Shown here: one piece after another, positions 37,518-51,354 of the stretch
Layout of the letters: each line of letters begins with the position of its first letter
Numbering within the stretch: the stretch's first letter is position 1
From: Stegostoma tigrinum
Taxonomy: Eukaryota
Assembly: GCF_030684315.1 (NCBI RefSeq)
Contig: NC_081377.1
Location: 30,132,001-30,196,000, forward strand
DNA: 64,000 bases
Reading direction: 5' to 3'
Notes under the pieces: generated by a model
Databases searched by the model: none
What the model was told of the DNA's origin: nothing
What the model saw: the letters and a program-made list of their open reading frames with translations, nothing else
Made by a program: the position numbers and the translations under genes

Positions 37518-38520
37518 TCAACAGGAGTTCTTTAGGGGTAGCATCCTAGCCCAATATTCTTCAGCTATTTCATTGATGAATTTCTCATCATCATAAGGTC
37601 AGAAGTGGAAATGTTGGCTGATGATTGTACAATGTTCATAACCAGTCACAACTCCTTAAACACTGAAACAGTATGTGTGCAAATGTAGCAAGACCTGGAC
37701 AAGATTCAGGTTTGGACCCACAAATGGCAATCAATAGTTGCATCACATAAGTGTCAGGTTGTAACCATTTCCAAAGCAAAAATATCAAACTGTTATTTTG
37801 TTGATGATCCATGACATTATCATCATTGGCTCCCCCGCTAACAAAATCCTGGAAGTTGTCACAAACTGAACTGGACTTGCTATAGACATACTTGGCTATA
37901 AGAGCGAGTCACGGGCTAGGAAGCTTGCTGTGAGTAACTCAACTCTTTACTCCCTAACTCCTGTCCACGATCAACAAGGCTCAAATCTCAAGTGTGATGG
38001 AATATACCCCACTTGTCTGGATGAGTGTAGCTCTAACAACAGAGTAGAAACTTGACACCATCCAGGACGGAGTGATCTGCTTTATTGGCACCCCATCCAC
38101 AATATTCACTCCCTTCACCACTGATACAGCAGTGTGCACTATCTACAAGATTTACTGCTGAAATTCACCAAAACTCCTTAAACAGCACCCTCCAAAATTC
38201 ACAACTATTTTATAGGAAAGTTATTCAGTGGAATAAATGTTTGAAGTTAGATTCTTTGGCACTTGAAGGACATGTGAACACCACCACCTGAAAATTGCCC
38301 TCCAAGCCACTCATCATCCTGAATTGGAAATTTTTTGCCATTCTTTCAGTGTAATAGCCAAAGCCCCGAAACTTCTTCCCCAGTGGCATTATGGGTGTAT
38401 CTACAGCAGCTGGACTGCAAATGTTCAAGAAGGCCTTCCTACCACCTTCTAAAGGGCAACCACAGATTAGGCCACCATATTTTGCCTATCAGCAGTAGTG
38501 ACATCCTATGAATGAATTGA
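37518..38520 (+). mobile_element. Degenerate LINE (CR1/L2 group) RT 3' half, same family as 61870-64000
   Basis: caggagttc...agcatcctagccca...ttcagct; gctgatgattgtacaatgttc (ADDCTMF); colinear with 62640-63190. Confidence 0.7.
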
Positions 38521-41084
38521 GAAAAAGAAATGGTATGGATGAATTATAGCAGATCAGAGAAAGGTTATGACTGATACCTGCAAGGGTGGGGGTGGGAAGT
38601 TTATCTTATGAGGAAAGGTCGGACAGACCAGACCTGTATCAATTGCAGTTTAGATGAATAAGAGGTGATTTTATTGATAATCATAAGATCTTGAAAGACC
38701 TTGACAGTGTGGATGGTGAAAAGATGTTTCCGCATGTGGGAGAGACTAGAATTAGGGAATGCAGTTTAAAGATAAAAGGAGAGGTTCTTGAGTCTTTGGA
38801 ACTCTCTTCCATCAGGAGAGGTGGCAGCGAGGTCTTTGAATATTTTTAAGGCAGAAGTCAATACAGTCTTGGCTAACAAGCAAGTCATAGGGCATTGTGG
38901 TTGGCAAGAATATGAATATGATCATAATCAGATGATCCATGTTCTTATTAAATGGGGCAGCAGATCAAAAGTGACTGAATTGCCAACTCCTCCTAATTGA
39001 CATGTTCCTGTGACATTATTAAACAACATTTGACAAAGAGACACATTAAGACGATATACAATTGGAACTGTTCTCCTTGAAGAGAGGTCTGAGAGGAGAT
39101 TTGATAGACATTCACTGTGACAAGATGTCTGGATAAAGTAGATAGGGAGACACCATTGAGAATGACAGCAATCAGATTTAAGTTAAACCACAAAAGGAAC
39201 AATGATGACAAGAGGAAATACATTTTCATGGAGTAAATGTTTACGCTCTAGAATGCACTGTCTGTGACAATGGTGCAGCCAGGATCAATTGAGATCATTG
39301 GCTGAAAAAGAAAAATTTTGCAAGTGTGCAGGAAGATGGCCAGGGAGTGGAACTTGGCGAAATGCTCCTTCATGGTGCTAGCACTCCACAACAGGTTGAA
39401 TATCCACGTGTTATGCTGTAACTGTCCTGTAATGCTATATTACTAAAACTGATCAAAATTCTGGTAAATTTTAAGGTGCATCTGAAAAGAAGATTGAGGG
39501 AGAATTCTGAAAGAGTTCTGAAGAAGGGTCTAGGCCTGAAACATCAGCTTTCCTTCTCCTCGGATGCTGCTTGGCCTGCTGTGTTAATCCAGCTCCACCC
39601 CTTGTTTACTTAAAATCATGTATGGGCTACAGTTAGAATTGGGAGGGTGTCGTAGACAGAGACTTTTATATTTGAATTGTGAACTTTTCATGACCTCCAG
39701 CCATCTGAATGTGCTTTACATGTTTACACAATGAGTATGTTTTGAAGTCTAGTTACTAGCGTAATGTATATCTCAAAGAGTTGTGCTGGAGGGAGTTACA
39801 GTAAAAGGAATGTAGGAAGTAAGAACAAGAGTATGTCATTAATTTGTCAAATCTACGTTGACAGTCGACTAGATCGTAACCGATCATTTACCTCAAAGCC
39901 ATGTTCCTGCATTAACCCATAGTCCTTAATTTCTTTAATGCCTGAAAATCTATAATGTCTACTTTAATCTCAATGGTTCAGCTTCCACGACATTCTAGAG
40001 TAAGGAATTCCAAAGGTTCAAAAATAGGAATGGATAAGGCCCCTGAAGGGATACAAAACCAAGGTGAAAATTTTCAACTAAGGACAACCAGATCAGTAAT
40101 AACTATCCTCTACTTGGGGCAATTAAGACATTGAAAGCAGCTTTTGACGAAGTCAAATTTGAGTTGTATTAACTACTAGAGATGGAAAACTGGCAAAGAA
40201 GGCATTTTATTACTCAAATCTAGGGATAACAAATGCATGGATGAGAGTTCCAGTAGTGAATGAACTGAGGCAACAGTGTTTTGAATTGGCAACACAAACA
40301 AACCATAGAGCCTAAAGGGCCAGTGACATTGTTTATTTTCACACAGGCGTTCTCCCACTCTAGATCATTTCATCCTATCAGCATATTATTCTGCTCTTCA
40401 TTTTCTCCCTCTACTTATCTAACTTCCCCTTCAACGTGGATATGCTGTTCATTTCAACTGGTCAGTTCCATGAACTGAGAATTACACAGAGGCCTTTAGT
40501 CATTTTCCCTGTTGACCAAGGCCATATAATCCACAAAGCACTAAGTTGAAAGGACTCTTCATTATGAAATACAGTCTCAAGCGTTGTAAATATTAACTGT
40601 TCAGCATGCAGTGTTTGCAAAGGTACCACCCAATTTCTATTAGTTTTAAATGACCATTCCTTGTGAAAGAATGTGCCTGACATCACTGGGAGAAAGACAA
40701 AAACAGAAACTATTCTAGCAGATCTGCTCAGTTGTGCAATTTATCCAATGAAAACCTGTCTTTTGCCTTTATATTGCAGCAAATTGATCTGAGATTTTCT
40801 CTCTGAAATGTGCACTGACCCATTCCTTTAGGAAGACCCTAAAAACTAACCTCTTTGACAAAGTTTCTCAGTCATGTGCTCTAAAATCTCTTACCTTGAT
40901 AGATACAAAATTTTGTTTGATATTTCTCCTGTGAATTTTGGAATATTTTTACTTTTGTAAGGCACCAGATAAATGCATGCTGTTCAATACTAGTGAAGTT
41001 ACTGGTAGACTAGTGATTCATAACCAACACTTAACTTCATCTGTTAGACTTTTCAATTGTTTCTTTTTCTTTTCACAGTATGGT

Positions 41085-42055
41085 TGCTGAAGATCTGAAA
41101 CAAAACCAGAAATTGCTGGTAAAGCTCAGCAGGCGTGGCAGCATCTCTGGGAAGAAAACAGTTAACGTTTTGAGTCTGGTTTACTCTTCATCAGAACTGA
41201 GCAGCTCAGAGAATGTGGTATTTCTGCTGAAGATGAGTTTGGGGAATGGGGGATGGGGGAGAGATGAGCAGATAGGTGGAGTCAAAGCCCAGGGAAAAAT
41301 ATATGAAAGGGGTGTCAGATGAGGGAAAGTGAGATGTTGTTCTTTGAGCATTGACAGCAACTGAAATGTTTGCATGGTATCCCTGTGATGCAACACTTCA
41401 GACACAGGCCTGCAGCAGTATTCTAGCTAGCCTCAGTCCAAGCTCAAAGAACAGCATCTCATCCTCTGCTTGGGGTCCCTGCAGCCTCTAGAGCTCAGAG
41501 AAAAATTTCAGAGAATGAGTCTGTCTTCCTGTTATTTCACCTACGTCCACATGCAGTCCTGTCATGACATGGATTGCTTTCAGCATAGCCTTTCTATTCT
41601 CAACTACTGTCTGCTCTCATTATCTATTTATTCTGAGGAAGGGCCACTGGGCCCAAAATGTTAACTCTGTTTTTCCCTTCAATGATGCTGCCAGACCTGC
41701 TGAGCTTTTCCAGTAACTTTGTTTTTGTTCCTGATTTACAGCCTCTGCAGTTCTTTCGGTTTTTATCTATTTATTCAAGTTCTCTTCTGTACTGGCTTAC
41801 TATCAATAATTTCCTCATTTGCCCACCCCTTTCATATACATGTCTCTCTCTCTCTGTCTCTCTGGGTTTCATCTCCATCTATCTGCTCACCTCTCCCCAC
41901 TCTGTCCGTACCCCATCTTCAGCAGGAATACGACTTTTTCCTTGCTGCTGTTAGCTCTGATGAGTAGTCACCAGATTCAAAATGTTAACTTCATTTTCTC
42001 CCCACAGATGCTGCAGCCCAGCTGAGTTTCATCAGCAGTTTCTGTTTTCTTGTTT
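41085..42055. mobile_element. Compound fold-back PLE relic with three decayed hammerhead-like cores
   Basis: 41090-41320 is an inverted repeat of about 41820-42055; cores at 41159-41199 (-), about 41630-41668 (+) and about 41955-41990 (+). Confidence 0.7.
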
Positions 42056-44704
42056 CCATGTGGTTTATTGGAATTGATAAGTTAATGGAATAGTTCTTGA
42101 GAAATTTCTGTGTGACAAATAGTATAATAGCAACATTTTAAAAAAACATTCAGATAGGTACATGGATGGGAATGGTTTAGAGCAATATGGACCAAATACA
42201 AGCAATTGGAATGAGCTGAGTGGGCACCAGGGTCAGCATGGACCGAGTTGGGCTGAAGGGCCTGTATTACTCTATGACTCTGTGACTATGACTAGATGTC
42301 TTAGAGTAGTTTTGCTCTCTTACCACTTATGATGTAAAATCTTACAGAAGCTTGAATGATGTGGGCTATGGCAAGAAATATTGGAGAATCATCTGAGAAG
42401 TCAGGCAATTTTTTTTCAACAGATTATCTGGTCATTATCAGGTTACTGTTTGTGGGAGTTTGTTCTGTGTAAATTGGCTGCAACATGTCTACAGTTCAAC
42501 AGTGACTACATTTCAAAACTATTTCATTCGCTATAAAGTGCTTTGAGATGTCTTGTGGTCATGAAAGGTGCTATTTAAATGCAAGTCTTTTATTTTTTTC
42601 ACTAGTGGCCTTTTCTCACTTCTGGCTTAGTCCTTTCTGTATCATTTCCATGCTTTCTTATTTTCTTCGCTGATCTTCCAAACCTGGTCCTGAGTTGATC
42701 AATTTCTCTCTGAACCTTTCTTGCTATTTGCTGGTCAACCATTCTGGTGGTTGGCAGAATGATTAAATTCATCTCTGAAGCCTGCATTGCCAGGAACATG
42801 GAACATAGAAACAGGATTAGGCCTTCAGCTAGTCAACCTTAATCGTCTACCCCAACTGCAATTCCCATCTAATCCCCATATCTCTAGGTTCCCTACGTGT
42901 TCAAAATCTATTGATTACTTTACATAAAATAGTCAATGACTAAATTGATCGATGATTGATCCATACCCCTCTGCGATGTGGATTCAAAGGATTCTCTGAG
43001 TGAAGCCATTCCCCTCCTCTCCATTGTATGTGGTCAATCCTTCATCCTGATACTACAAGCATATGTTTTCTAGACTCCAGGCAGTAGAAGTAACTACTTA
43101 CCATCGACATAACATATCTTCATAAGTTAACTCCTGAAGACAACCTATCATTCTGGTGTTGTTTCTGAAGAAGTGTCTCTAGACTTAAAATGTTAACTCA
43201 TCTTTCTCTCCACAGATGCAGGCAGACCTGCTGATGTTTTTCAGCAAATTTTGATTTTTCTTTTATCTTTCTGGTGATTGATGTTTGAGGCCATTCTGGT
43301 CTTCCTAAGGTGATATGTCTAGTCCTGAACATGATAATATGGAAGATCAATAAATTGATCAAAGGCGATTGCACATTTTGCCTGGAAATTTTTTACTTCA
43401 TCACAAACCAGTTATTAGAAGAGTGGGAAGCACTGAAAAAGAAAACAGCTAAAAATATCCAAGAAATTGAGGTAAACCAGAGAAGGTCATATAGAGATAA
43501 GTTTATTGATATGGAATAATTTCAAACAACATACAGGCATGAAAATGAAGTGACTATCATAATGGAGCTTTTAAACTGACATCTCAGGAATCTGCTACGA
43601 CTAAAAATCTGTTCTTCAAAATAGTAATTGACTTGCCACCTACTTGCACCATTTTCTATTTCTTATTTCAAGTCTCCAGCGTTAATTCATTTAATTTTTT
43701 AGAATGATCTGATAGTTTTAATATTTCCTTGTTTCTTTGCTCTACATTTGCCGCCTTTAATGCATTCAGTTTTCATTTAGTGATACTGAGAGCTGTGGTT
43801 CTCAAACTGGGGTCCCAGGGATTTAATAAAGTCTTTTCAGGTACTGTGGGAAAGAAGGTAAAGGGGATCTATTGCTGTGATGATGTGAGCCTGGCATACA
43901 CTGTTGGCTATTATTTTGGTTGCTTTGGATCTTCTGGAGGGACAAATCTGAGAGTTCACTCACTGTAATAGGATTAGCAGGGATTTGGACAGACTGAAAA
44001 TCCCAACAGTGCAGGTAAGAGATAATGGAGGGACCAGGAATGGGTTCCTGGGTCTGAACTCAGGAAAGGGTATGAAGGAGTTGCTACATCAACCTTGTCC
44101 AGAGGATCCAGAAAGACAATCAATCAGTGATGCAACTGGGCTTTAAGTCAGAACTAGAGAAAAGCTACAAAGCCCTTTAATGGGGATACAAATTAATTTT
44201 ACTTGCAGAAATGCCAAAATGAAAGAAGTTTATACTGTGAGAATTCAGATAGGACGAAGGGGTCTGTGATGACTGAAACCATTTGCAAAGGGGATTTACA
44301 AGCAAAAAAGTCCATGAACTAGTGACTTATGGAAGCATCTTTGCCTATCACTAACTGGGGATTGCGACAATGTAGTGCTTCAAGTAAAAATCTAATGGAA
44401 TAGCAGACATATTGCAGATGGTGGACTTAAGCTATGCTGAATGCTAAGTCTCATTGTTTAAAAAAAATACAATGAATTATCAACCCATTGTATTATATAC
44501 AAAAATAAGATATAAAATGTACAAAACCCTTAATTTTGCACCATATAAAAACACTTGTTTTTGTTTTTTTTTAAAGACAGTTTTATGAACAAAAAGAAAA
44601 TTGTTGAACAAGTTGGACTTCTTCTTCAGCTGTCTGTGATTCAGGGGGAGTGAGATAATCCCAAGAATTCACAAAAGACATTCCACGTCATCACCACAAT
44701 GGCG

Positions 44705-44715
44705 TCACTGCTGGT
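44705..44715 (-). CDS. TRIM63: TRIM63 exon 9 coding part (11 nt, (D)QQ*)
   Basis: ctctgtcctacag|AC CAG CAG TGA; phase 1 fits exon 8; parallels the very short terminal coding exon recalled for mammalian TRIM63 (..HQ*). Confidence 0.75.
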
Positions 44716-44841
44716 CTGTAGGACAGAGCATGAAACAAACATTATCACTATGCTATTTCCCTTGCTCAGAATTTCTCATAACCCTTGCAGCATCCCTCAT
44801 CTGTCTCTGCTGGAAGCCCCAACCATTGCTGAGTTTCAGAT

Positions 44842-45020
44842 TCAGAAATCACACAACATCAGGTTATGGTCCAACAGGTTTATTTGAAATCACAACCTTT
44901 CGGAGCGCTGCTCCTTCGTCTGGTGAAGCTTGTGATTTCAAATAAATCTGGTGGAGTATAACCTGACGTTGTGTGATTTCTGACTTGTCCACCCCAATCC
45001 AACACCGTCACCTGCACATC
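44842..45020. mobile_element. Palindromic PLE-derived element (third family) with central hammerhead-like core
   Basis: Arms tcagaaatcacacaacatcaggttat...atttgaaatcacaa / ttgtgatttcaaat...ataacctgacgttgtgtgatttctga; centre on the minus strand is ccagacga-a-ggagc(agc)gctcc-gaaa. Confidence 0.8.
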
Positions 45021-45235
45021 AGAGCATCGGGTTGCCAGCTGAAATGCAACCCCAGTGGCTGCCAATGTCAAAACATCATAAACAGTGTCCCCTTCAATCC
45101 CTCAAAGCCCACCATCATGGGCAGTGGTAGATGTTCCCAGTGGGTTTGGGAAATCTCATTCGCCAAAATTGTACCCACACACACCCTGCCAATTTTCCAG
45201 CTCCCAGTTTGTGTTGTAGCTTGCTAGACTTGCTA

Positions 45236-46602
45236 TCAGGAGATATTGCTCACTAAGTAACCACTTTTTATATTTTGTTGTACTGAAGATGATCTTGTTA
45301 ATCCCACTTGCTAGACCAGAAACCTGGTTTGCAATGTGACTGCAGTGTCTCACATCTCATAGACCTGGAGAGCATTTGTTATTTTTATACCAGATAGCTG
45401 CAAAATCCCTTGACAGGGCCATTTGTCAACAATGACACAAACATATCTGCACTTTCCAGAGGTGAAACTACAGCCAATAACGGAAGTCTATAAAACCAGA
45501 AGTGGGAAAAGTATGACCAGTCAATAAGTTTAACCGAACAATTGACAGTATAATGAAATTTTTACAGTGATTGGTGAAGTGAGCAATGACCAAGTAAGAA
45601 CTCTCCTGTTAACCCATTGTTGTTCAATGTGCAATTAACTTATAAATACTGGTTGCACCTGAGTGAGGCAAAATCTGGCTAAGCCATAAAAGGAAGCACT
45701 GCATCAGATTGACCAGCTCTGTATTAAGGAAGGAATGGGTGCTGCCATCAACATTCACCCTTCTGGAAATAGCCACTACCTTCACCACTCTCCCTGGTCA
45801 CTGTCTCAGACTGAACCCGTGCTGGGTGAGCAGGACTTAGAGTGCAACTTTCCCTCCTCATGAGAGAGTGGTGGGGAGAAGGGGGACTAAGTAGGTGAGT
45901 TGGCTATGACAAGGTACTCTACACCTTCTTACCTCCTCACTAATTAGGTTCTAGGCATGAAAATGTGTGATAACCTTCTTGACCACTCACTAATCAAGGC
46001 CTTTACATTGTCAATAATTGACCATCTGAAGGCCTCAATTCGCCAGAGGAGAAAAGGTAGCTAGTGAGAAACCGGAGTGACCTGACTGCCAGGTGATGGA
46101 GGAAGAGGGGCTGGGGAGTACTCCATTTACTCAAATCTAGCAGGCATAGATGTGGTCCAAAGCAGTGGGCTCTGACAGTCATTTCCCTGCTCTTACATCT
46201 GAGCTCCACATTCTGGCCAGCCTTGGCCCACAAGAACAGGATAAAATTTATTGAACTTCATCCTGCTGGATCCCTGAGGAAATTTCTTTCACCAGTGGTC
46301 CTTAAGATCCAGAAACTGCTGGGCCTCTGTCCAGCAGCTTCTTCTAGCCCAAGACACCAGTGTCAAGGCTTGCAATAGACTGAGAAAGCTCGTTCTCTCT
46401 TAACATGTTTGCCTCCACACTTCCTTTTTTTGACCAAGGGAAAATTGCACTCCTAGAGTGAGAGTTAGGGTTCAGGCACCAGAATTTCGGATGCTGTCTA
46501 GTTTATGGAAATACAAAGTGAGAGGTTGTTCAGGAGATATTGCTCACTAAATAACCACTTTTTATATTTTGTTGTACTGAAGATGATCTTGTTAATCCCA
46601 CT
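45236..46602 (+). repeat. 73-bp direct repeat pair (45236-45308 and 46530-46602), 1 mismatch
   Basis: tcaggagatattgctcactaa(g/a)taaccactttttatattttgttgtactgaagatgatcttgttaatcccact occurs twice, offset 1294. Confidence 0.95.
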
Positions 46603-46711
46603 CCACTCAAGACCTCTGGTGGCCTCTTTCCAACATGCCAGCTAGCTGTGCCAGAGTAATTCAGTGAGAGACAACTCAGTCTGATCCGAGTAGAGAACTG
46701 TTTTTCCTCAC

Positions 46712-46777
46712 CATCAGCTTGATCTTCCACTATATCCTCCTCCTCAGTCTCCACTTCTTCCTCTATCTCTTCCTCAT
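46712..46777 (-). CDS. TRIM63: TRIM63 exon 8 (66 nt), acidic tail
   Basis: ctctccag|AT...GATG|gtgagg; (D)EEEIEEEVETEEEDIVEDQAD. Confidence 0.85.
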
Positions 46778-48486
46778 CTGGAGAGAGAGAACATTTATAT
46801 CTGTCACTCCTCTTTCTCAGTGTAGCACATGAAGACTGGTAGTTTGTACTATTTAGACATATTTGGGTAGATATTGAGCTAATTTCTGAATTAAAGATTT
46901 GTGCAATGGCCCTACAGCATTCGTAGCTTATGTTCTGATCAAAAATCAGATCAGTTAGACACCAAAAGAAAAACATTGTTGGCAAAAACCCTGATCTCAG
47001 TTGGTAATTTCACTGAGAAAGTAAGAATGATTCTAACTGAACATCACTTTCAAAGAGCCAGAACAAGCTTGATGAACCAACAGGCCTGCTTCTGTGCTGT
47101 ATTATCCTATAATTCTATGAGGAAAATGTTTTGTTTAACTGTCAACATATTACATCTCTTAGAAATACCTTTTAAAAATGGGAGATGGTGACAAAGTGGT
47201 AATGTTTATTGCCTAGTAATCTATAGCCCCAAGCTATTGTGCTATGGCATGGATTGAAAAAAGCTGGTAGAATTTGAATTCAATTAAAAAGCCTGAAATT
47301 GAAAGCTAGTCTCAGTAATGATGACCATGAAATATCATTGGTTGTCATTAAGACCTATCCAGTTCACTAAAATCTCTTAGGGAAAGAAAACTGCCATCCT
47401 TGCCTGATCTAACCTACTTGTGACTCCAGACCTACAGCAACGCTGCTGATTCTTAATTGCTCTATGAGATGCCTAACCAAGCCACTCAGTTCCAGAACAA
47501 TTAGGAATGGGCAACAAATGCTGATTTCACTGGCAACATCCCATAAGAAAATAAACTAATACAATTGTTTACTTACTATCCCTCAGGCCAATGACAAAGC
47601 CATGTTATGATGGTTATCTTTATGGGCTGTACCATTCTGTGAGATCCAAGGTTCAATCTGAGGTCTGTACTGAGTTAGCTGAGTACAACTAAGGACAGGA
47701 ACAGAAGAGTAGCCATTTCTGACAGTGCCCCGAGATCTAAGAGAGGGTAAATCAGACTGAATTCCTGCCATTTGGTTGCTATTCACTGACAAATGTTGAG
47801 ACCAAGACATGAAATGATTGGGCTTAGCCACCAGGGCATGTCCACATTTCAATTATCAGCCAAAATTCACTTCCTAGTTGTATTAAAGCTTTAGGGTTGA
47901 AGACCTGTTTATATGTTCATTGACAGTATTTGAGTATCGCTGGCCAGGCCAGTATTTATTACCCAGCTTAACAACACAGACGGAAGTTTAAAGTCAACCA
48001 CATTGCTGAGGGTCTGGAGCCATGTGTAGGTCAGACCAGATAAGGGTGGCAGTTTCTTTCCCTAAAGGACATTCATGAGGCAGGTCAATTTTTTCAACAA
48101 TCGGCTATCGTTTCACAGTCATCATTAGACACCTAATTACAAAACATTAGCAGTGTCTCTGACCAGTCTAGCAATAATACCACTAACTCTCCTAGTTAGC
48201 TGGATGGGAATAGTTAGATAGGAGTTAGGACAAAGATTAGTCATGATCAAATTGAATAGTGGAACAGGTTACAATGTATGAATGCCCTCCACCTGTTCCG
48301 AAGTTCCTTCCAATAGAATTGAATTGAAACCAGTTCCTGTGTCCATTCTGAATAACATTTGAGTTATAGCGTGTCTATGGTCCCCAGGATTGAATGCTCA
48401 TTGTACTGAACTACTGTCCTCACCCACAATATATACTTTTTGCCAAATACCAATATATACAATGGTAATACATACAATGGTAATAC

Positions 48487-48611
48487 CTATTCCAAATCTT
48501 ATATTCTTCAGGGTTTCCTCTGCCATTTCCAGATCCACTGAAAATTGGTCCATATTTTCAAACCCGTCTTCATATTCTGGTATGTGGGAGGTTCTGGAGG
48601 CATCAACGATC
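48487..48611 (-). CDS. TRIM63: TRIM63 exon 7 (125 nt), COS box
   Basis: tttcag|G...ATAG|gtatta; IVDASRTSHIPEYEDGFENMDQFSVDLEMAEETLKNIRFGI. Confidence 0.93.
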
Positions 48612-50848
48612 CTGAAATTTGAATGAAGAAAATAACTTAGATGTGTTTAGGCTGTAAGGTAATCAAGAGATAGATGATTAAGCAGAAACGTGAAGCTGAA
48701 GTAGGAGATCAGCCGTGACTTTATTGAATGTCAGAGCAGGCCCAGAGGGCTGTATGGCTTCCTCCAGTGGCTCTTTCTTTTTGTGTTCATAAATGTTAAA
48801 CCGAACCTGCACAATTCCTTTTATCATCAGTGCATTTCAATTCGATGAAAGAACTAAAGAAATTGAGGAGACCTTTTTCTTTGCAGAGGGCTGTTATGAT
48901 CTGGTGTACCAGCCTGAAAGGATGGTAGAAGTTGATTTGATTGTGACTTTGACTTCTTTGAAAATGTGAGAAAAAAAATTACAGGATTCTGAAGAAAGAG
49001 CAGGCACAGGTTTGATGTGCTGAATGGCTTCACCCTGTCCTATAATGTTCTATAAATGTATAGTTATACAGAGCCTTATCTCATGCAAAGGGTGTCCAAA
49101 GATAAATGACCACATTGTCCTGTTTCTGTGCTTATCATTCTATCAGTCTGCATTTATGTGCAGCTATATTGTATGTACAGGATCTTGAATAGACAAAGGG
49201 TGAGAATCTTTGGTTTTGGTGGTATTGGTTAAAAGGAAAGACAGGCCCATATTATCAAAATACTTTTCATGAGCACCCACAGATATCTTAGTGCTTTAAT
49301 GCAGTCACATTCAGAACGTTGGAAATGCAGTGTGCGTCCCTGCTCTGCAAACTCCAACAAACAGCAATGTGCTAATGACTGGGTAATCTGTTTCTGTGAT
49401 GTTGACTGAGTGATAAATATTGACAAAGAAACCAGGGAGATCTCCCCTGCTCTTCTTCAAAATAGTGCAATGAGATCTTTTATGTCCACCTGATCATAGA
49501 GAGGGCCTCAGTTCACTACCTAATTAAGCCCCTCTTGACAGGTCAGCATTCCCACAGTACTGCACTGGAATGTGTTTATGATTCTGGAGCTGGGCTTAAA
49601 TCATGAGACTTAGAGGTGAAAATGTCATCAATTGAATGACAGCTGACACCCATGAAAGAGAAATGTTGGCCGGAACTCCAGGGATGTCAAACTACTTTGT
49701 AGCTTGGGTTTTTCATGAACATTAATGCTTGCATTATATGTATTGCAAGAGGTTAAAAGTTAATTATTCACATTCAACTATTAAAGTAGTGTGTATCTCT
49801 ATTTATACAGCTCCAAGTGTAAAGAACCTTCCCCTCTCCCAAACTGTGCCTAAAATTTACAGAAGTGGTATTTTCATTTCTTACACCCTCTCTCTAAATA
49901 GACATGCTAACTGAAACTGCTTGGATCAAAATGAAGAAAAAAGAATAACTACAAAATGTTGGAATCATACAGATAAATAGCTCCAATTTATGAACTGACC
50001 TCCCCTAGTTCTGTGATTGGAAGGGAGCATAATGTTCAGGCACATAGCCTGGGCTAGCAGAGAGGGAAAGAACAGCTAGGACTCCCAATTTTAAACTGTT
50101 GACTGCTTGGACCAATTGTAACATTCCAGCACCTCCAGCCTGCCTCAACCCAGAAAGTTATGAGTTCAAATCCTATTCCAGTATTTATCTGCATATTCTA
50201 GGAAGAGACAATGTCAATGGTACTAATGTTGATTGTTCAGCCCTTTATTTGTAGAGTAATTCATAAAAGATTCCAGCGCAGAAGAGATCTTCCAGTCTAT
50301 GTTGATGCCAGCAAAAGTAGATGGCCTGTCAATTGACATCATCATTTGTGTAATTTTGCTGTACACGCATCACATGATGCATTTCCTTGCAACACATAAA
50401 AGATTTCACTTCATAAAAAGGCCTGTAATGCACTTTGGGACCTACCAAAGGAATGAACTGTGCTATATTAATGCAATCCTATGGTTCTAAGATCTTTCTT
50501 TTCTGTATTACTGCAAGGTCAATTGACTTTCATTGGAAGGCAAATGTTGGTGTGGACAGGGTGAGATTCAGTCGTGATGCCTTCCCCTGTAAATCCGCTT
50601 GTCTAACATTCACTATTTTGACTCACTGATCATGATATTGGAGAGCAAACAGCTCTCACAAACCATGTCCCAAAAAAGGTCAAATGAATCTTGACAACGT
50701 TCAGTTGATCCAATTGATCATTAGATTTAATACTTTCATCTCCAAAACGGAAGGGATAATTGAGTAATATATGCTGGATAATAAACAATTTATCTTTTCA
50801 AAAAAACATGTAATGAGACACATGTTCATTTAAACTCAGATAACTTAC

Positions 50849-50871
50849 TTTTCCAAGAGTTTCTTTGCATT
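50849..50871 (-). CDS. TRIM63: TRIM63 exon 6 (23-nt micro-exon)
   Basis: tttccacag|AAT GCA AAG AAA CTC TTG GAA AA|gtaagt; NAKKLLE(K); needed to keep the frame between exons 5 and 7. Confidence 0.9.
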
Positions 50872-51354
50872 CTGTGGAAAGGAATAGAAAATTGATTAGT
50901 TATTTGAAGATTTCATCCTGTAATGTAAAGGAAATCTTTCACAGTAAGTGATAAATCTGATAGTGCATTTAGAGCAAAATATCAGCTTCTACTTTGACTT
51001 GCATCTGATCTCTCTCCTGTCTTGTGAAAGACATTTTATACGTTTAACAGATTTCTTGGGAGGTAGTTAGCAGCATCAGGGGTAAGACGTTGGGAATATA
51101 AATATTAAGTACTATCAGCTTCCTGAAGACCTTCAGTGGTTTGACTCTGTATGGTACTGAACCGTATCTGGACGAGGGGAGATTGCAACATTGGAAACTC
51201 TATGGAGTTGTTTACTGTGGATTTGGGCGGTAGTTGTGGGTTAGAATTGCACTTCACACTTCAGGGACAGAGAGGTAGATTTTTAGTGCATAAAGTGTAA
51301 TAGGACTCAGGCGAAAATGCTACTCCTCAAGCCACCAGTGGTATTGTGTTTCAG

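Noticed and set aside
46778-46985. Open frame upstream of TRIM63 exon 8 as a duplicate or alternative exon 7
   Set aside because: No similarity to the COS-box exon; the true exon 7 is at 48487-48611 and a strong acceptor sits at 46778
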